This document shows positions 1-14,044 of a stretch of DNA of 64,000 nt, in pieces. The notes under the pieces are model-generated. The model did not search any database. It was not told the DNA's origin and was given only the letters and a program-made list of their open reading frames with translations. The stretch is taken from positions 5,518,001 to 5,582,000 of the forward strand of contig OX597817.1 in the NCBI GenBank assembly GCA_951406725.2, given 5' to 3'. The stretch comes from Octopus vulgaris (lineage: Eukaryota). Position 1 is the stretch's first letter. Every line of letters starts with the position of its first letter. A program made the translations under genes and the position numbers.

Positions 1-536
<536 letters not shown>

Positions 537-1604
537 GTCATACATGTATATGTACGTTTATTTATACATTGATGTTCTTACCTATAAGCACACACACCTA
601 TACACACACACATATTGTAGCGAAATGTGCCCATGAAATATCAAATAAAGTTTATTTTATCGACACCGCATATGTAATCAGAATGAACAACGATTCAATA
701 GGCAGGTGGTGTTTTAGCTGTCTATAAATATTAAACAAACGAGGAAAATTGACTTGAAATTTAGAAGTTAATGAAAATTTGTAATACTTGTATGGACAGG
801 TACTTTGTGATGCATTTACAATTGATTAATGGCCTATTGCTTTAAATTTTCTGCTCACCAGTTAGTCCGAATATATCTTGACAAATATAAGGAGATTTTC
901 TTTACTGCAGGGCAAACAGCTGTAGAATTATATATACTGTTGCTGTTGTTGTTGTTGACAACACGTGTCATTGGCTTATAACTACCAACAGGCAAACGAT
1001 TGAACTGATCATTTAATATATCATCAAAAAATAAAAACGGTCGTAGAAGGAACAGTAGGAGAAAATATATTTAAAAGGTTCTACGGGACGCAGGGATATA
1101 GGATGGGACGCTTAGATGTAAGGCAGATGCATGATTAGTTGATATAGAAACCTATACCCTACTATTTTAGTTCGACTACGCGAGATAATGATCATCAAGT
1201 GGCTATAGTGACTCGGCAGATGAATGGTGCTGCTAACAAAACAGAACTAATGGAAATAATTCAAAGAACCATAGGCAGGAATTTGAATAACTAACAGATG
1301 AGGTGAAGTGATTTTCGTGCAAATTACATTCTGAATATAGCTACTGAATTTAATTTATTGGGTTTTCCTTTGAGCTAGATACGGAATATACCAACCTGAC
1401 GACAACTGTTGGCGATACACAAGTATTTGATTAAGAGATTCTCAAGTGGATCTACCGAGTAAGGAAAAAACAATTTGATCTTCGCTTAAAAGCAGGATAC
1501 AACAGTGGAAATGTCTTTCGGGTTCTTAATTTACATATTCATCATAGTTCTGACCTACCTTGCCTGTCGATCACCTTTTACACACCTTGACAGAGAGAAA
1601 TAAT

Positions 1605-1818
1605 GCTTTCAAATTTTGGCACAAGGCCAGCAATTTCAGGAGAGAGGTAAGTCGATTACATCGACTCCAATGATCAACTGGTACTTACTTCATCGACTCC
1701 GAAAGGATGAAAGGAAAAGTCGACCATAGCGGAAAGAGAACTCAGAACGTAAAATCCGGGCAAAATGCTTAGCGGCATTTTGCCCGGCGTGCTAACGATT
1801 CTGCCATCTCGCCACCTT
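1605..1818 (-). mobile_element. SINE family A (head aaggcggcgagctggcag, Meta-like central domain)
   Basis: Reverse complement of the head and of gcctttcatcctttcggggtcga. Flanked by a near-identical direct repeat ga(c/g)agagagaaataat. Confidence 0.85.
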
Positions 1819-2531
1819 GAGAGAGAGAAATAATAAATTACATTTTTGGACAGGGATACTTTGGTAATAAGGAAAATTTCAATGTATCAAGAATTTATTC
1901 CCTACAACATTCAGTACAAGCTCAATTTGCAATCGAAATTCATGGATAAAGAACAAGGAAAGTACAGCTCAATAAAGGATTCAATACATTATATATCTAG
2001 TGTAATTTCATTTATTAAAGTGCTATAAACTTAACAGCTGCGCACGTACTTCAATGTATAATTAATTGTTTTCTATCAAAGGTCAGAGTAACTAGAGATT
2101 AAGATAAATAGCATATATTATGTAGGTCAAAACAAAAGACAACATAGTAACATAACAAGAAAAAACAATTTTGAAAAGCTGAATAAAAAGAAATATTATT
2201 TTCGTTAAGGCTTAGTTCAAACTGAGATGTTTTCTAGAACATTGTACAAAAATTTAACATCCAGCGGTCAAAAACGAAGACGAGTTTATTTGATATGTAA
2301 TTATGTTGGTATCAGTACAGAATCAAACAGAAAAAGATAAATGGAACGATAAATAAAGATGAAGTACAGAGTAATTAAACATGCTCTGTGCATTATCGCA
2401 GTTTCTACGTTTACCCATCTGCATCACTAAGCAAACTACAAAAATCGAAAAGCGAACTAGGGATACGAGGAGCTCAGCGTTTTATGCACAATTCAACACC
2501 TCCAGCCACCTCTATACACACTGACAGGTCT

Positions 2532-2568
<37 letters not shown>

Positions 2569-2967
2569 CACTACTACTGACACTATCACTCACTCCACAT
2601 AACTAAGGCGGAAACCTTCGAAAATTCTAAACAATGTTCTGGGATACATCCCTTTATTGATGATGCACATCCCAGTACACCACAAGTATTATTCATTCAA
2701 TTCTCAGTAGGATATAACAAGAGTTAAGAGGTTATATGATTAACTACCAGATGTAAGAAAATAAGTATCTCAAGTGATTTATAACGCATGTTTAGAAGAC
2801 TGATTATAGATGAATGCAGGATAAGATTATGAAAACGAATTATATAAAGTAATTATTTTCAAAATGGATCGTATGAACGTTAAATTACTAACTTCATATA
2901 CGCTTTTGATAAAAGTACTAGAATGAAAAACAAATTTTTTTAAAAATACAAAGCAGATAAGTAATCT

Positions 2968-3182
2968 TCCTTTCTATCATAGGTACAAGGCCTGAAACTT
3001 GTGAGGAGTGGGAGCTAGTCGATTATATCGATTCCAATGCGAAATTGGTGCTTATTTTATAGACTACGAAAGGATGAAAGGCAAAGTTGATCTCAGAGGA
3101 AATTCAGCTCAGAATGTAAAAACGGACGAAATGCCGCTAAGCATTTTGCTCGGCGCGGTAACAATTCTGCCAGTTTCCCTAT
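2968..3182 (-). mobile_element. SINE family A, diverged
   Basis: Contains gaaaggatgaaaggcaaagttga and aaatgccgctaagcattttgctcggc. Confidence 0.8.
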
Positions 3183-3269
3183 TAGGGGTACTCGTGGGAT
3201 TAACCATCTATTGCATATAAGAATCCAACAAAATATTAATTCATCAAAAATATAAAATAACACATAAAA

Positions 3270-3577
3270 GTGGAGGTGCAATGGCCCAGTGGTTAGGGCA
3301 GCAGACTCACATTCGGAGGATCGCGGTTTCGATTCCCAGACAGGGTGTTGTGTGTGTTTATTAAGCGAAAACACCTAAAGCTCCACGAGGCTCCGGCAGA
3401 GGGTGGTGGCGACCCCTGTTGTACTCTTTCGCCCCAACTTTCTCTCACTCTTTCTACCTGTTTCTTGAGTAACGCTGCGATGGACTGGCGTCCCGTCCAG
3501 CTGGGGGGAACACACACACGCCACAGAAACCGGGAAACCGGGCCCATAAGCCTGGCTAGACTTGAAAAGGGTGCATA
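3270..3577 (+). mobile_element. SINE family C (tRNA-derived head)
   Basis: A-box-like tggcccagtgg and B-box-like gtttcgattcc. TSD aacacataaaa on both sides. Confidence 0.85.
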
Positions 3578-3931
3578 AAAAACACATAAAAACATTAAAT
3601 ACACTTGATAGCTCCAAAGTTAATTAACATTGTTAATACTGCAAAGAAAATTATGTTTAAATATACATAAAAGTAACAACATGAGCAAAACAAAACAAAT
3701 ATCATGTAGACATGCAATGAACGTATTAATTACAATTTTATTAGGAAGTAATGCAACAGGTGGGTGTGACTGAACAGTTTGTTTATGTAGTTAAAATCTT
3801 GTTCGCTATGTTGTAAGGGTAGAAGCGAAATAATTAGTAATATCAAATTGCATGATGATAGTACTTACTTTGTTAGGAATATCATTAAACTAGTCTATCT
3901 CAGCTTGAATATTTTCGCCCACAGATATATA

Positions 3932-4289
3932 GGCGCAGGAGTGGCTGTGTGGTAAGAAGCTTGCTTCCCAACCACATGGTTCCAGATTCAGTCCCACTGC
4001 ACGATACCTTGGGTAAGTGTCTTCTACAATAGCCTCGGGCCGTCCAAAGCCTTGTGAGTGGATTAGGTAGACGAAAACTGAAAGAAACCCGTCGTATGTA
4101 TGCGTGTGTGCGAGTGCTTGTCTCCCACACCATCACTTGACAACGGATGTTGGTGTGTTTACGTCCCCGTAACTTAGTGGTTCAGCACAAGTGACCCGAT
4201 AGAGTAAGTACTAGGCTTAGGCTTACAAAGAATAAGTCCTGGGGTCGATTTGTTCGACTGCAGTCAAATGACTGAAACAAGTAAAAGAA
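3932..4289 (+). mobile_element. SINE family B (tRNA head, CORE-like domain, internal microsatellite)
   Basis: Head ggcgcaggagtggctgtgtggtaag, CORE-like ccttgggtaagtgtcttcta, tail gactgaaacaagtaaaaga. About 12 copies in the window. Confidence 0.9.
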
Positions 4290-4409
4290 TATATATATAT
4301 ATATATATATATATAATGGACTCGTCGAAGACTACGTATGAGTGTTCAACTTTTGCCGGAAGGCCTGCACAAATGATTCGTTTATAGTGATCAATTGTAT
4401 TCGCTGTTC

Positions 4410-4577
4410 ATTTGATTATATCAACCCCCGTGCGTAACTGGCACTTATTTAATCGACCCCTAAAGGATGAAAGGCAAAGTCGACCTCAGCGGAATTTGAA
4501 CTCAGAACGTAGCGGCAGACAAAATACCACTAAGCATTTTGCCCGGCGGGCTAACGATTCTGCCAGCTCGCCGCCTT
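4410..4577 (-). mobile_element. SINE family A
   Basis: aaaggatgaaaggcaaagtcgacc...ctgccagctcgccgcctt. Confidence 0.88.
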
Positions 4578-5810
4578 CGATTATCTAGTTATTAAAAATC
4601 AACAGTATTTCATAGGTAAATCAAAATAAAACAAAATATAGGAACATTATCGCTAAAGAAAATCACCTTCAAGAGAAACAAAAGAAAGCCTCGTGATTCA
4701 AACCGAACCTAAATTATTTTGTGTCTATCATTGGTATGTATGAATTATTTTAGAGGATCACAGAAAAGATATTCTATAAGATATTTACTTGACTTTTACT
4801 GATATTTCCTTCTCTTGTATTAATAGAAATCCGGGAAAAACAAATCCAATAAATAAAATATTATAAATCGTTCTAAAGAAATGCCCTTTCGTTTGATGAA
4901 ATGTTTACCTTTAAATTATTCAAAGAAAGTTTCTGCCATCGATAATATTGTGTTGGTTGTTTTATAAGACACGGGATAGAATGTAAAAAGGTATGACACA
5001 ATCCTTTTACTTGCTAGAGGAAAAGACATAGAAAAACATAACTCCTTGACGTCTTTAATAATGTATCTTAAAATTGTATGTGACAGTTTAAGACACTTGG
5101 TGTAATCATCATTCGGGAGAAGATAGAGCTTGAAATAATCGATTTCCATGAATATTACCATTACATTTAGCTCGATACTCATGGGATGAACAATGTATAT
5201 AAGTATAAGGAAATTGAAATTCTCAATTATTCAAGAAATGTAGATCGCTTTTACAGAAAAATCGAGCTTCTATAAATACCTGATGCTCAAACTGTTTTCT
5301 GTATCCTTTCCAACAGTTTATTTGAAAGTTTTAAAAGACTATTCCATCAATGTATAGGGGAAATTGCCCCTCTCATCTTCGCACTATTTCTAAGATCTTT
5401 CACTACCACTTAACTACTCAAATTTTACTTCTGTTTTGTTGTTTTTTTTCAAATTTATTTTATATTTCACTCACACATGCATATGCAAACGTACATATAC
5501 TCATACATACATGTATACATACATACATATATAACCAAGAAAAAAGCAACAAGAATGGATTGTTGCTTTTTTCTTGGTTATAATCACCCCACATAATTTT
5601 ATGGTTAATACCATAAAGAATTCTGGTGCATCTAAGTTAAGTACCATATTCATTTGAATCTTAATTGTTTTGCTGAAATTATAATTACATACATATATAT
5701 ATACAATTTAAAAATGGGATAAAATCTTTATAAGAAATTATCAAGTAGTTAGCGGGAAAAACCTCATAAGGGAAAAATTTATTAATTATTCTCTTTAAAT
5801 ATATTTATAT

Positions 5811-6013
5811 TAAGGGCATTACTATACATAATTGCCTCACGCTACGAGGGACTCTTAAAGTCAAAACTACCATAATAAACAGCTGAATCTCTTTTTAAAA
5901 GGCTCGCTTCGAGAGTTGCATTCCCTCGCGTTCGGTACAATGTGTTTATTATGGTAGTTTTGACTTTATGAGTCCCTCCTAGCGTGAGGTATTTATGTAT
6001 AGTAATGCCCTTA
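5811..6013. repeat. Long inverted repeat (about 70-bp arms) in a TA-flanked cassette
   Basis: taagggcattactatacata...gtcaaaactaccataataaaca is complementary to tgtttattatggtagttttgac...tatgtatagtaatgccctta. Confidence 0.85.
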
Positions 6014-6170
6014 ATATATAAGGGCGTTATTATACATATATACATAATATATATATAATCACATCTTGGCGAAGACGGAGAAAATTAAACCAGAATACCA
6101 TAGTTACAGGAAATTATAGTGTTTAATTGGAACTTAAGATCTTCACAAACAGTTACTTTTAATTTTGCCT

Positions 6171-6214
6171 AATTGATTAGTTTCACGTAATTTTACGTAA
6201 TTGATCATCAACTT
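6171..6214 (-). ncRNA. Degenerate type I hammerhead motif
   Basis: Minus strand reads tTGATGA-tcaattacgtaaaattacgt-GAAAC-taaTC. Core C3 is mutated. Confidence 0.4.
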
Positions 6215-6401
6215 ATGGAACAATACAATAATTTTAAAAGGAGTAGTGAGAATCAGGCTGCAAATGCTCAAATGAACATGTCATCTTGTTTGAACAGAGG
6301 GTTGTCGAATTTCAAAATCAATAGAATATATTGTATAGTTCGCCCGACCACTGGTAGAAATAATATACATATAGAGAGACAATGATACGGATAAACAAAT
6401 A

Positions 6402-6525
6402 AACTCCCTGAAGACGGGGATCGGATCTTTCTATTATTTATTTGCTGCCATTATTGATCGCATATTCTGGTGAACTGCCAAAACAATGAAATGACTCCGA
6501 GACCTCAGAAACAGCTGTCGGACTT
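6402..6525 (+). ncRNA. Type I hammerhead ribozyme motif with extended stem II
   Basis: tcc-CTGAAGA-(ggggatcgga...tccgagacct)-GAAAC-agct-GTC-gga, with palindromic stem III acagctgt. Confidence 0.6.
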
Positions 6526-6689
6526 GTAAGACCATATATTCTCCTCTTTACTTTTTGTGTCTTTGTACTCTGTGTAAGTTTGTTCTGTTAGTTTAAAATA
6601 ACTATATATTTATACTTGAAAATTCATCGACTGAAAATTTTCAGTCTTTACTTTCTCTCTATTTACATGCATACATGTATATATTCGCA

Positions 6690-7700
6690 GTTTACTTTGC
6701 TCAGGAAGTAAAAATAGATCGGGAAGGGAGACTTCATTTTTTGCAGAGGAGTTAAGTAGATATGACATTGATATTAAAACACCATCATAAACACGTTTTG
6801 CTAGAGAACGGCAGATCACCAAGTCAATGCAGGTTATACATTCTTTTGGAAAGGGAAAGCAGAGAAAGAGCACAAGGAGTATTGTGTAGGATTTGCTGTT
6901 AAGCCCAAGTTCAAAAACTACCTTTTGGCACACCAGATAGAATAAGTCCTTGACTACCATTGGATACAGAAATATACGCTACAATGATCAGGGTGCATGC
7001 TCCTATAATGACACATTCTGAGGAGGATAGATTACTGTTCTGTACTGATAAGAGAAAGGTGTTATTTGGTTGTCAGAAACATGACAAAATATTTCTCATG
7101 GGAAACTTTAATGCTAGAGTAAGCACTGATCATGATATTTGGTATTGCCTGGGAAAATATGGTCGTGGTAGACCAACAACAACTATAGACAGCATCTCGT
7201 GCTATTAAGCAATAGATATAACTTAGCTATTGGTAACTCTTTCGTAAAAAAAAAATCAAATACAAAGGGACATAGATGCACCCATGTTCAAAGCATTAGC
7301 TTATGGTTGACTTCGTTTTCACTAGAATGCTTCGTCTACAGTATATGGAAACAGTGGAAGTCATGAGAAGTATTGAGTGCTGGACTGAACATCGATTAGT
7401 CAGAGACAAGCTTAATGCTTACCATGTACTCTAAGTGTAAGCGCAAAACCATCACACTTAATAATCTTGATGTGGCCACACTCCAGTCAAAAGGAATGCA
7501 TAATTTGGTGATATCAGCCATTGACAGTCTCAAACCCTTAGACCATACGAATACCCGAGATGCTTTCAAATAAAATATGTACAACGCATCTTAGTAAATT
7601 ATGGACATTTGAAAACAGAAACGCTAAGAGTGGTTCAATTAGAAGAATGAGATTCACGAACCGCAAGAAGAATAACAAAAGCTTCACGAAGAATATGGCG
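6690..7700 (+). pseudogene. RTE-clade LINE, AP endonuclease remnant
   Basis: Frameshifted motifs LSRYDIDI, GYTFFWKGK, VGFAVK, IFLMGNFNARV, VMRSIECWTEHRLV. Confidence 0.8.
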
Positions 7701-8852
7701 GAGGTATTGCCATTTTCTAACTTTTTAAGCTTGTGAAAATTCATTGCTAAAAAAAAAGGGTTATATGAAGGCAAAGTTTAATTATGTTTCTCATTAATAT
7801 TAATGAAGTGAGCGAAATAGCAAAGTTAATAGATTGTTGGTTAAAATGTCTTGCAATATGTGTTCTAAATCTGAGTTTAAACCTCGCCGAGGTCAACTTT
7901 GCTTTCACTTTTCGAGGTGAATAAAAAAGTACCAAAAAAGTACCAGTCCATGACGAAGAATCGAACGAGATGCTCGTGTTATCTGTACCAACTCCATGCA
8001 ATCCCATACAGTCACTGAAAATGGTAACAATTCTATAATGAGTTTATATTGAATGATAGTATCAGAAATTTGTAACAAAAAATAAATAAATAAAACTCGA
8101 GTCGCAAAATGTAAAATTTTAAGTTCGATAATTTCTGCATATGTGATTTCCACGTGTGTATGCGTATGTGCGTGTGTGTTTGTGTGCGTGCGTACGTGAG
8201 TACCTGTGTGTGTGTGTGTGTATGTGAGAGGGTGAGAGAGAGAGGGAGAGAGAAATAGAGAGAGAGAGAGATAGAGAGAGAGAGAAATTATGTGTGATTA
8301 CAGGGGTCGTACTTCAGACAGTTATTGGCAGATGAAGATGGAATTACTGGTTGCTCTAAAGCATCTTGATCATTCTCACACAAAGACATAAACATGAAAA
8401 AAAAAGAAACAAATATATATTTCCACTGCAAGAAACAGGAATCTAATCGAATATTGGACTTTCTAATAAACTATTCTGCCTGAAGCAAACAAATATGAAT
8501 CTCTCACTTCTGTATTTATTGATTCCTGAAACTGTATTAAATTTTAAATCGTTGGCGTTTTGTTATAAAATCTAACATTAAAATTCTTCTTCCTACTAAT
8601 GTCTATTAACGACCCTTCTGTATTTACCCTTTTTTACTTCATCTTTGTTACTTTTCTCTCTTTCATTACAATTGCCCTGTATTTTATTTTCCCACAACTA
8701 TTTTCTCGCCAACCAATTGCAGAAATTATCAATACGTTATTGCGTAATCCACGTGTATATCCTTTGGTTTTCTCAGTTGAAGTTAAACACGAAATCCAAT
8801 CTTAACTAGACTGACAGTATTTAAAATAAATTAATTTAGCTGGTAATATTGG

Positions 8853-9032
8853 TTTCAAATTTTGGTACAAGGCCAGTATTTTGGAGGGAGGGGATAAATC
8901 GATGACATCCACCCCAGTAGCCAGCTAATACTATTTCATCGATTCCAAAAGAATGAATCTGAACTCACAACAAATGAAATGCCACAAAGATCTCTGCCCT
9001 GCGTACAAACGATTCTATCACCTCGCTGCCTT
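8853..9032 (-). mobile_element. SINE family A, diverged
   Basis: Tail tttcaaattttggtacaaggcc. Flanking repeat taattta(g/a)ctgg(t/c)aa. Confidence 0.75.
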
Positions 9033-9179
9033 AATTTAACTGGCAAGAAGTTGAATCGGACATTTATTCTATTAGATTTTAAACGTCTCTAGAGAGAGTT
9101 ATTAATCTTCTGGTTGTGAGAATAATTCTTTTTTATGAATTAGGAAATTTGGCCGGGGTAAGTTTCATTCGTCAATATA

Positions 9180-9760
9180 TAAGGAACTGGTGGCGTATTA
9201 AATCAGTGATATTCCCAGAGACACTGTTAGAGTTAATGAGGATAAACTGCCTCGTCTATTTAGGAGGACTTTCAGACTAAGGACTATTGTGGGCAACTTC
9301 AGGAAGTCCTTAGCCTGGCAGAGGTAGCGCGGTGCACAACCGGTTCAAGACAAATTCCTTAGGGACGGAAATGCCATTTGGCAGGACCGTCCAAGATGTG
9401 CGCAAAGTGATGAAGACGTTCTGCATAAACTCGTCTAGTGTCCGAACATAGGTAACTTCTTAATGAACTACTGTCACGCCGAGGACGGATTCAGGTATCG
9501 ACTAATTTCATCATGATAGTCGTCCAGCTACCAGTGTTTAGTAAGGCTGGCCACTAAACTAGGGTAGCTTCTGACAAGTGTCTATGCCGAAAAAGAGATT
9601 GTATGGTAGTTGAAGCTGAAAGAGTTGAGGACCATTTCTTCTGTCAAGCCCTCGTTTTTTTTAAGTTCCACATGTAAATGAAAGTGAGTACAGAGTGTAA
9701 AGTATTCTCCTTCATGAGTTTATCACAAAGTATGTGACTATGTAGAAAATAATTTGAATT
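9180..9760 (+). pseudogene. Tx1/L1-clade LINE ORF2 3' remnant (zf-RVT region)
   Basis: Translates SLAWQ...PVQDK...PRCAQSDEDVLHKLV*CP, a decayed CCHC finger of the L1/Tx1 ORF2 C-terminus. Confidence 0.6.
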
Positions 9761-10147
9761 GATAAAACAGCTCCAGACATGCGAGATGTCACGTACTCTT
9801 GCTGATCAGGCTGATCTTGTAAGGTTGCTTGATTGGCACAAGATACAAGCCTTCCTATACAAGGAGATCTACATCATACAGATATTTTGTATGCCATGTA
9901 TTCTTTTCATCCAATCATTTCTTTCTTCTGCTTCACCCGATTTGATGTAAGTAGCTACACAAGGTCTAACCTGTCTTTGTTTGTCCCCTTCGATGCTCCT
10001 GTAGCAAATAAGCAAAAAAACAAATCATTATCAGCAGCATTGCGGCCGTCACTACCGTCGTTGTCCTTTCTTCGCTGCTTTTTAAGATTTTCATTTTCAA
10101 CACACATACACACACACGCACTCTCTCTCTCTCTCTCTCTCTATCTA

Positions 10148-10181
<34 letters not shown>

Positions 10182-10387
10182 GCAAAACACACCTACTCCT
10201 CCACCTCCTCCTTCCCTTTCTTCTGGTTCTTTTCCTTTCGTGTTCTTCCATTTTCTTCTTATTGTTTTCTTTCTTCTACTATTGCTCTTACTCCTACTAC
10301 CACCGGTACAACTACTACTACTACTACTACTACTAATACTAATACTACTACTACACATGCACACATACACATTGATATATAATATTT

Positions 10388-10597
10388 TCAAATTTTGGCA
10401 TAAATCCGGGAATTTCAGGGGAACGTCTAAGTAAGTTACATCGAACCCTAACGTTCAACCGTTACTCATTTTGTCGACCCCGGAAGCATGAAAGACAAAA
10501 TCGACCTCGGCGGAATTTGAACTCAGATTGTAAAGGCAGACGAAACACCATAAAGTATTTTGGTAAGCGTGCTAAGGATTCTGCCAGTTCACCGCTT
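10388..10597 (-). mobile_element. SINE family A
   Basis: tcgacctcggcggaatttgaactcag. Flanking repeat acacatt(g/a)atatat. Confidence 0.82.
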
Positions 10598-11404
10598 CAA
10601 ACACATTAATATATATTAATAATTTCTTAATTCCCACCATCTCAAAAACCATCAGATTTCGCTGCTCCGCCCCATAGTTACTGTGAAGCTCATTACTGAA
10701 CAGTAAGCAATTCGAATGACCTACACAGAAAACAATGATTCGATATATTAGATAGCTATAAAAAAAAAGTGTTTCAAAGCAATGGGGTTTAATTACGTTC
10801 CTAAGATCGACCTTGAGAACGTTATACAAACACCTACGTCTCGGAAGATGTTGTTCCACATTTTGGTATTGAAAATTACATAAATCCCCGCCATTAATCA
10901 GATACAGAGTTCCTTCATTTAATGAAATGAAGACAAGTTACTGCAACAGCGTAGGTTTCAAGAACCCACAGCTCATCAATATTCTCTCGCAAAATGTATA
11001 TAGCTCTCTAGAGAATATTAACAATTTCAACATGATTCGGAGATCTTGCTGTGCATATTCTCTGACAACCACCCGTCGCTGCACGGCACCAACATGAAGA
11101 GAACATCGTTTAATTCCCTCATTCAATAAATTCTGAGCGGTTAATTGAAATACGTGTCAGACAGTTTCATGAAATCAATAAAAGAATAAAAGGTTGTGGA
11201 CTTGTACGAGTCTTGTAAGATCGATTGTTAAAATTGACGCAATTACATCGCAGAAGACCCATTTTATATAATTCACTTTTCATTTAACTTTTGAGGTGTC
11301 AAAATTTTCGTCGCACCACTGCATCCTGCATTCGTCGCACCACTGCATGCAGTTTCACTGTATATGATATAATAGATCAATATGGTGAGCATGTTTTCTT
11401 CAAC

Positions 11405-11430
11405 ATCATCATTATATTCTTCTTCTTCTT

Positions 11431-11484
<54 letters not shown>

Positions 11485-11832
11485 TAGTTTTGCTTCCGCT
11501 TCTGCTTCACTTCTCCTCCTTTCTTCTAGTTCTCCCTTTTTTGCTTCTTCTCTTCCACCGCCTCCTTCCCTCTCTTCTAGTACTTCCTTCTTTTCTTTCC
11601 TTTTCGTGTACATCCATTTTTCTTCTTCCTGTTTTCTTTACTATTGTTCTTCCTACACTTCCTTCTCCTCCTCCTCCTCCTCCTCTTACTACTACTACTA
11701 CTACTACAACTAATGCTGCTGCTGCTACTACTGCTGCTGCTGCTGCTACTACTACTACTACGACGACGACGACGACCGACCACCACCACCACCACCACCA
11801 CTTTTGTTGCGTTTGTTGTTATTGTTGTTGCC
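11405..11832. repeat. Compound trinucleotide microsatellite (CTT/CTA/CTG/CTC/CGA/CAC)
   Basis: Runs directly visible. They explain the homopolymer ORFs at 11291-11892. Confidence 0.95.
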
Positions 11833-12649
11833 TCTCCTTCTGCTTACTCACACGTACTTCACTCTGTTTTTCTTGAATTCCTTTATCGCTAATTCACACT
11901 CGAAATCCTTTTTTTATTGTTTCCCTCTTATCATTATTATTTGTCTCTCTCTCCCCGCCTCCTTTCTCTCCCTCTCCCCCTCTCTTTCTCTCTCAACCAA
12001 AAATGTATGTGATGAGGAAGGGTTGTGTGTGTGTGTGTGTGTGTGCGTGTATGTGTGTCACTCACCACTTGTCTTCCACTTCTTACGTCACTCACCCCAC
12101 CCCACCAGTGTGCTTTCGCTTCATAGAAGTCAGGTGAGAGAGAGAATGTCATTGCTCTCTCGATATAAATATATCAGTAAAATAAGATCGATTATGTTTG
12201 ACATGCAATTCTCCAATGAAAACTTCCCGCCAACGGCCACTTCACATATTTCAGCCAAATTTGCAGGTGATCAGAGATGTATGATGACATGACACACAAC
12301 TGAGCAATCAAGCTAATCTCACTGAACTATGGTGTCATGCTCAAAGTTCGTAGTCCACTGCACTCTCACTCTCTACCTCTCTCTCTCTGTCTCACCGATT
12401 ATTTATTGTTTTTTCTATAATCATTCCTTTTTCCTCCCTTTCTTTCATTTTTATCGTCTCTTTTCAGAGACTCTCTCATTTCCTCTACATTAGTCACTCA
12501 CTCTCACTATATACGTTTATTTATATGTACATATAATGTAATATGTATATCGTCAATATATGTGTGTATGTGTGTATGTGTGTGTAATTGAACAACAGGA
12601 ATATTGCTTGACATCTGTCGGTTTGTTGCAATATCAAAGAACACTGTTG

Positions 12650-13460
12650 CTCTAATTAGAGGCCTGCTGCAGGCAGTTGGCCGTAGTCTCATTATCGTTA
12701 TCGACAGTGAGATAGACTTAAAAATACTGATTGACTGTTTTGCTGAAGCTTGTGATTAGTCTATAACAGATTAACAATGTAAAGCTAAAAAAGCAATTGT
12801 TATGTGTCTAACCAGCACCCGGAAGGCCAAATTATTCACCTACCATTTATGTCAATAACGTGCAGGTCGTAGATACGTTTATTACCTCATAGTACTCTCC
12901 ATGTTAAGAAACCAGAATGAAAAAATCATTCACAGGATTTCAAAAGCTAATGATACGTATTGAAACCAGGGAGAGAAACAGAAAAACAGTACAAAACTTA
13001 GTGTGGCGGGATGTTCTTTTACAGCATTGCCAGATCTGGATATCATATAGCAGTCATCTTCAGAGTTTGGAATATTTCCACCAGCAGTGCTTGCAGCCTT
13101 TTATGGGAATCTCTCGAGAATCCTTTGTACGATATGCAGATATTGAAATGTTACAATGAGCTGTGTCAAATATGGAGAGTGTGATATTGGGAAAACGGTT
13201 TCAATGATCTGGTTACATAGTGCACCAGGAGGATAGCGGAATGTCAGACAGTGGTGTATGATGAGCTAAATCAGGTAAAGCACCGACAATGCAATCCAAG
13301 GAAGAGTTATAAAAATTCCCTGGTAGAAAGCTAGCATCGACATCAAGAAAATGGTGCATCAAACAAGAGCCGAGGAAAGGCTGATTGCCAGTGCAATTGA
13401 AGAGTTTTAGACCAAGCGCATTGCATGTGTTGAAGTGAAACCTTCCACAACACATGTGAA
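12650..13460 (+). pseudogene. RTE-clade LINE, RT C-terminal remnant
   Basis: LEYFHQQCLQPFMGIS matches the RTE motif LERFHQRCLRRILGIS. Followed by a decayed RW.GH..R..D and Y.EL..G region. Confidence 0.7.
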
Positions 13461-13509
13461 GGCTATTGCGTCACTCCTTAGAAAAGGGATCATGGCAACC
13501 TTTATAATG

Positions 13510-13650
13510 ATTTCAAATTTTGGTACAAGGCCAGCAATTTTAGGGGCGGAGGTAAGTCGATTAAATCGACCCCTGTTCTTAACTGGTACTTATTTTATCG
13601 ACCCAGCAAGTATGAAAGAGAGTCATCCTAGAGGGAATTTGAACTCGTAG
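13510..13650 (-). mobile_element. SINE family A, 5'-truncated
   Basis: tttcaaattttggtacaaggcc...ggtacttattttatcgaccc. Confidence 0.75.
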
Positions 13651-14044
13651 ATCGGAAAGAGCCAGAACTACAACTCCAATAATATGCAAGGCCTATGATA
13701 GCATGAGTTTCAAAAACTAGATTTGCTTAGCCATGAATAGTATCTTTATATATTTATGTTGCTGAGATACAATATAATACCCGCCGGATTTTCGATGTGA
13801 TCAGTGTTCCAAAGTATATTGTTCTGGAGACGTGTGAAAACGCCGTTTTAAAGCTAGCCATTCAAATGAACAAAGTTCATCTGACAAGATGAAATGTTCG
13901 ATGTCAAAAGACTTAACAAATACCTTTTCAGAAATCCGGTGAGTGCCAGAATTTTTTCAAGAATTTATAGAAATGACACGATGCTCCAAGTTACTCTGAG
14001 CGGTTGCTCAGATTCGCGTTAGAGGCTTTCGAGTGGGGTATCTT

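Noticed and set aside
1020-1560. Possible retroelement RT C-terminal remnant
   Set aside because: Only a weak GFP/GYP-like hint, too degraded to call.
11291-11892. Poly-T/A/H and poly-L/S ORFs
   Set aside because: These are trinucleotide microsatellite translations open in several frames.
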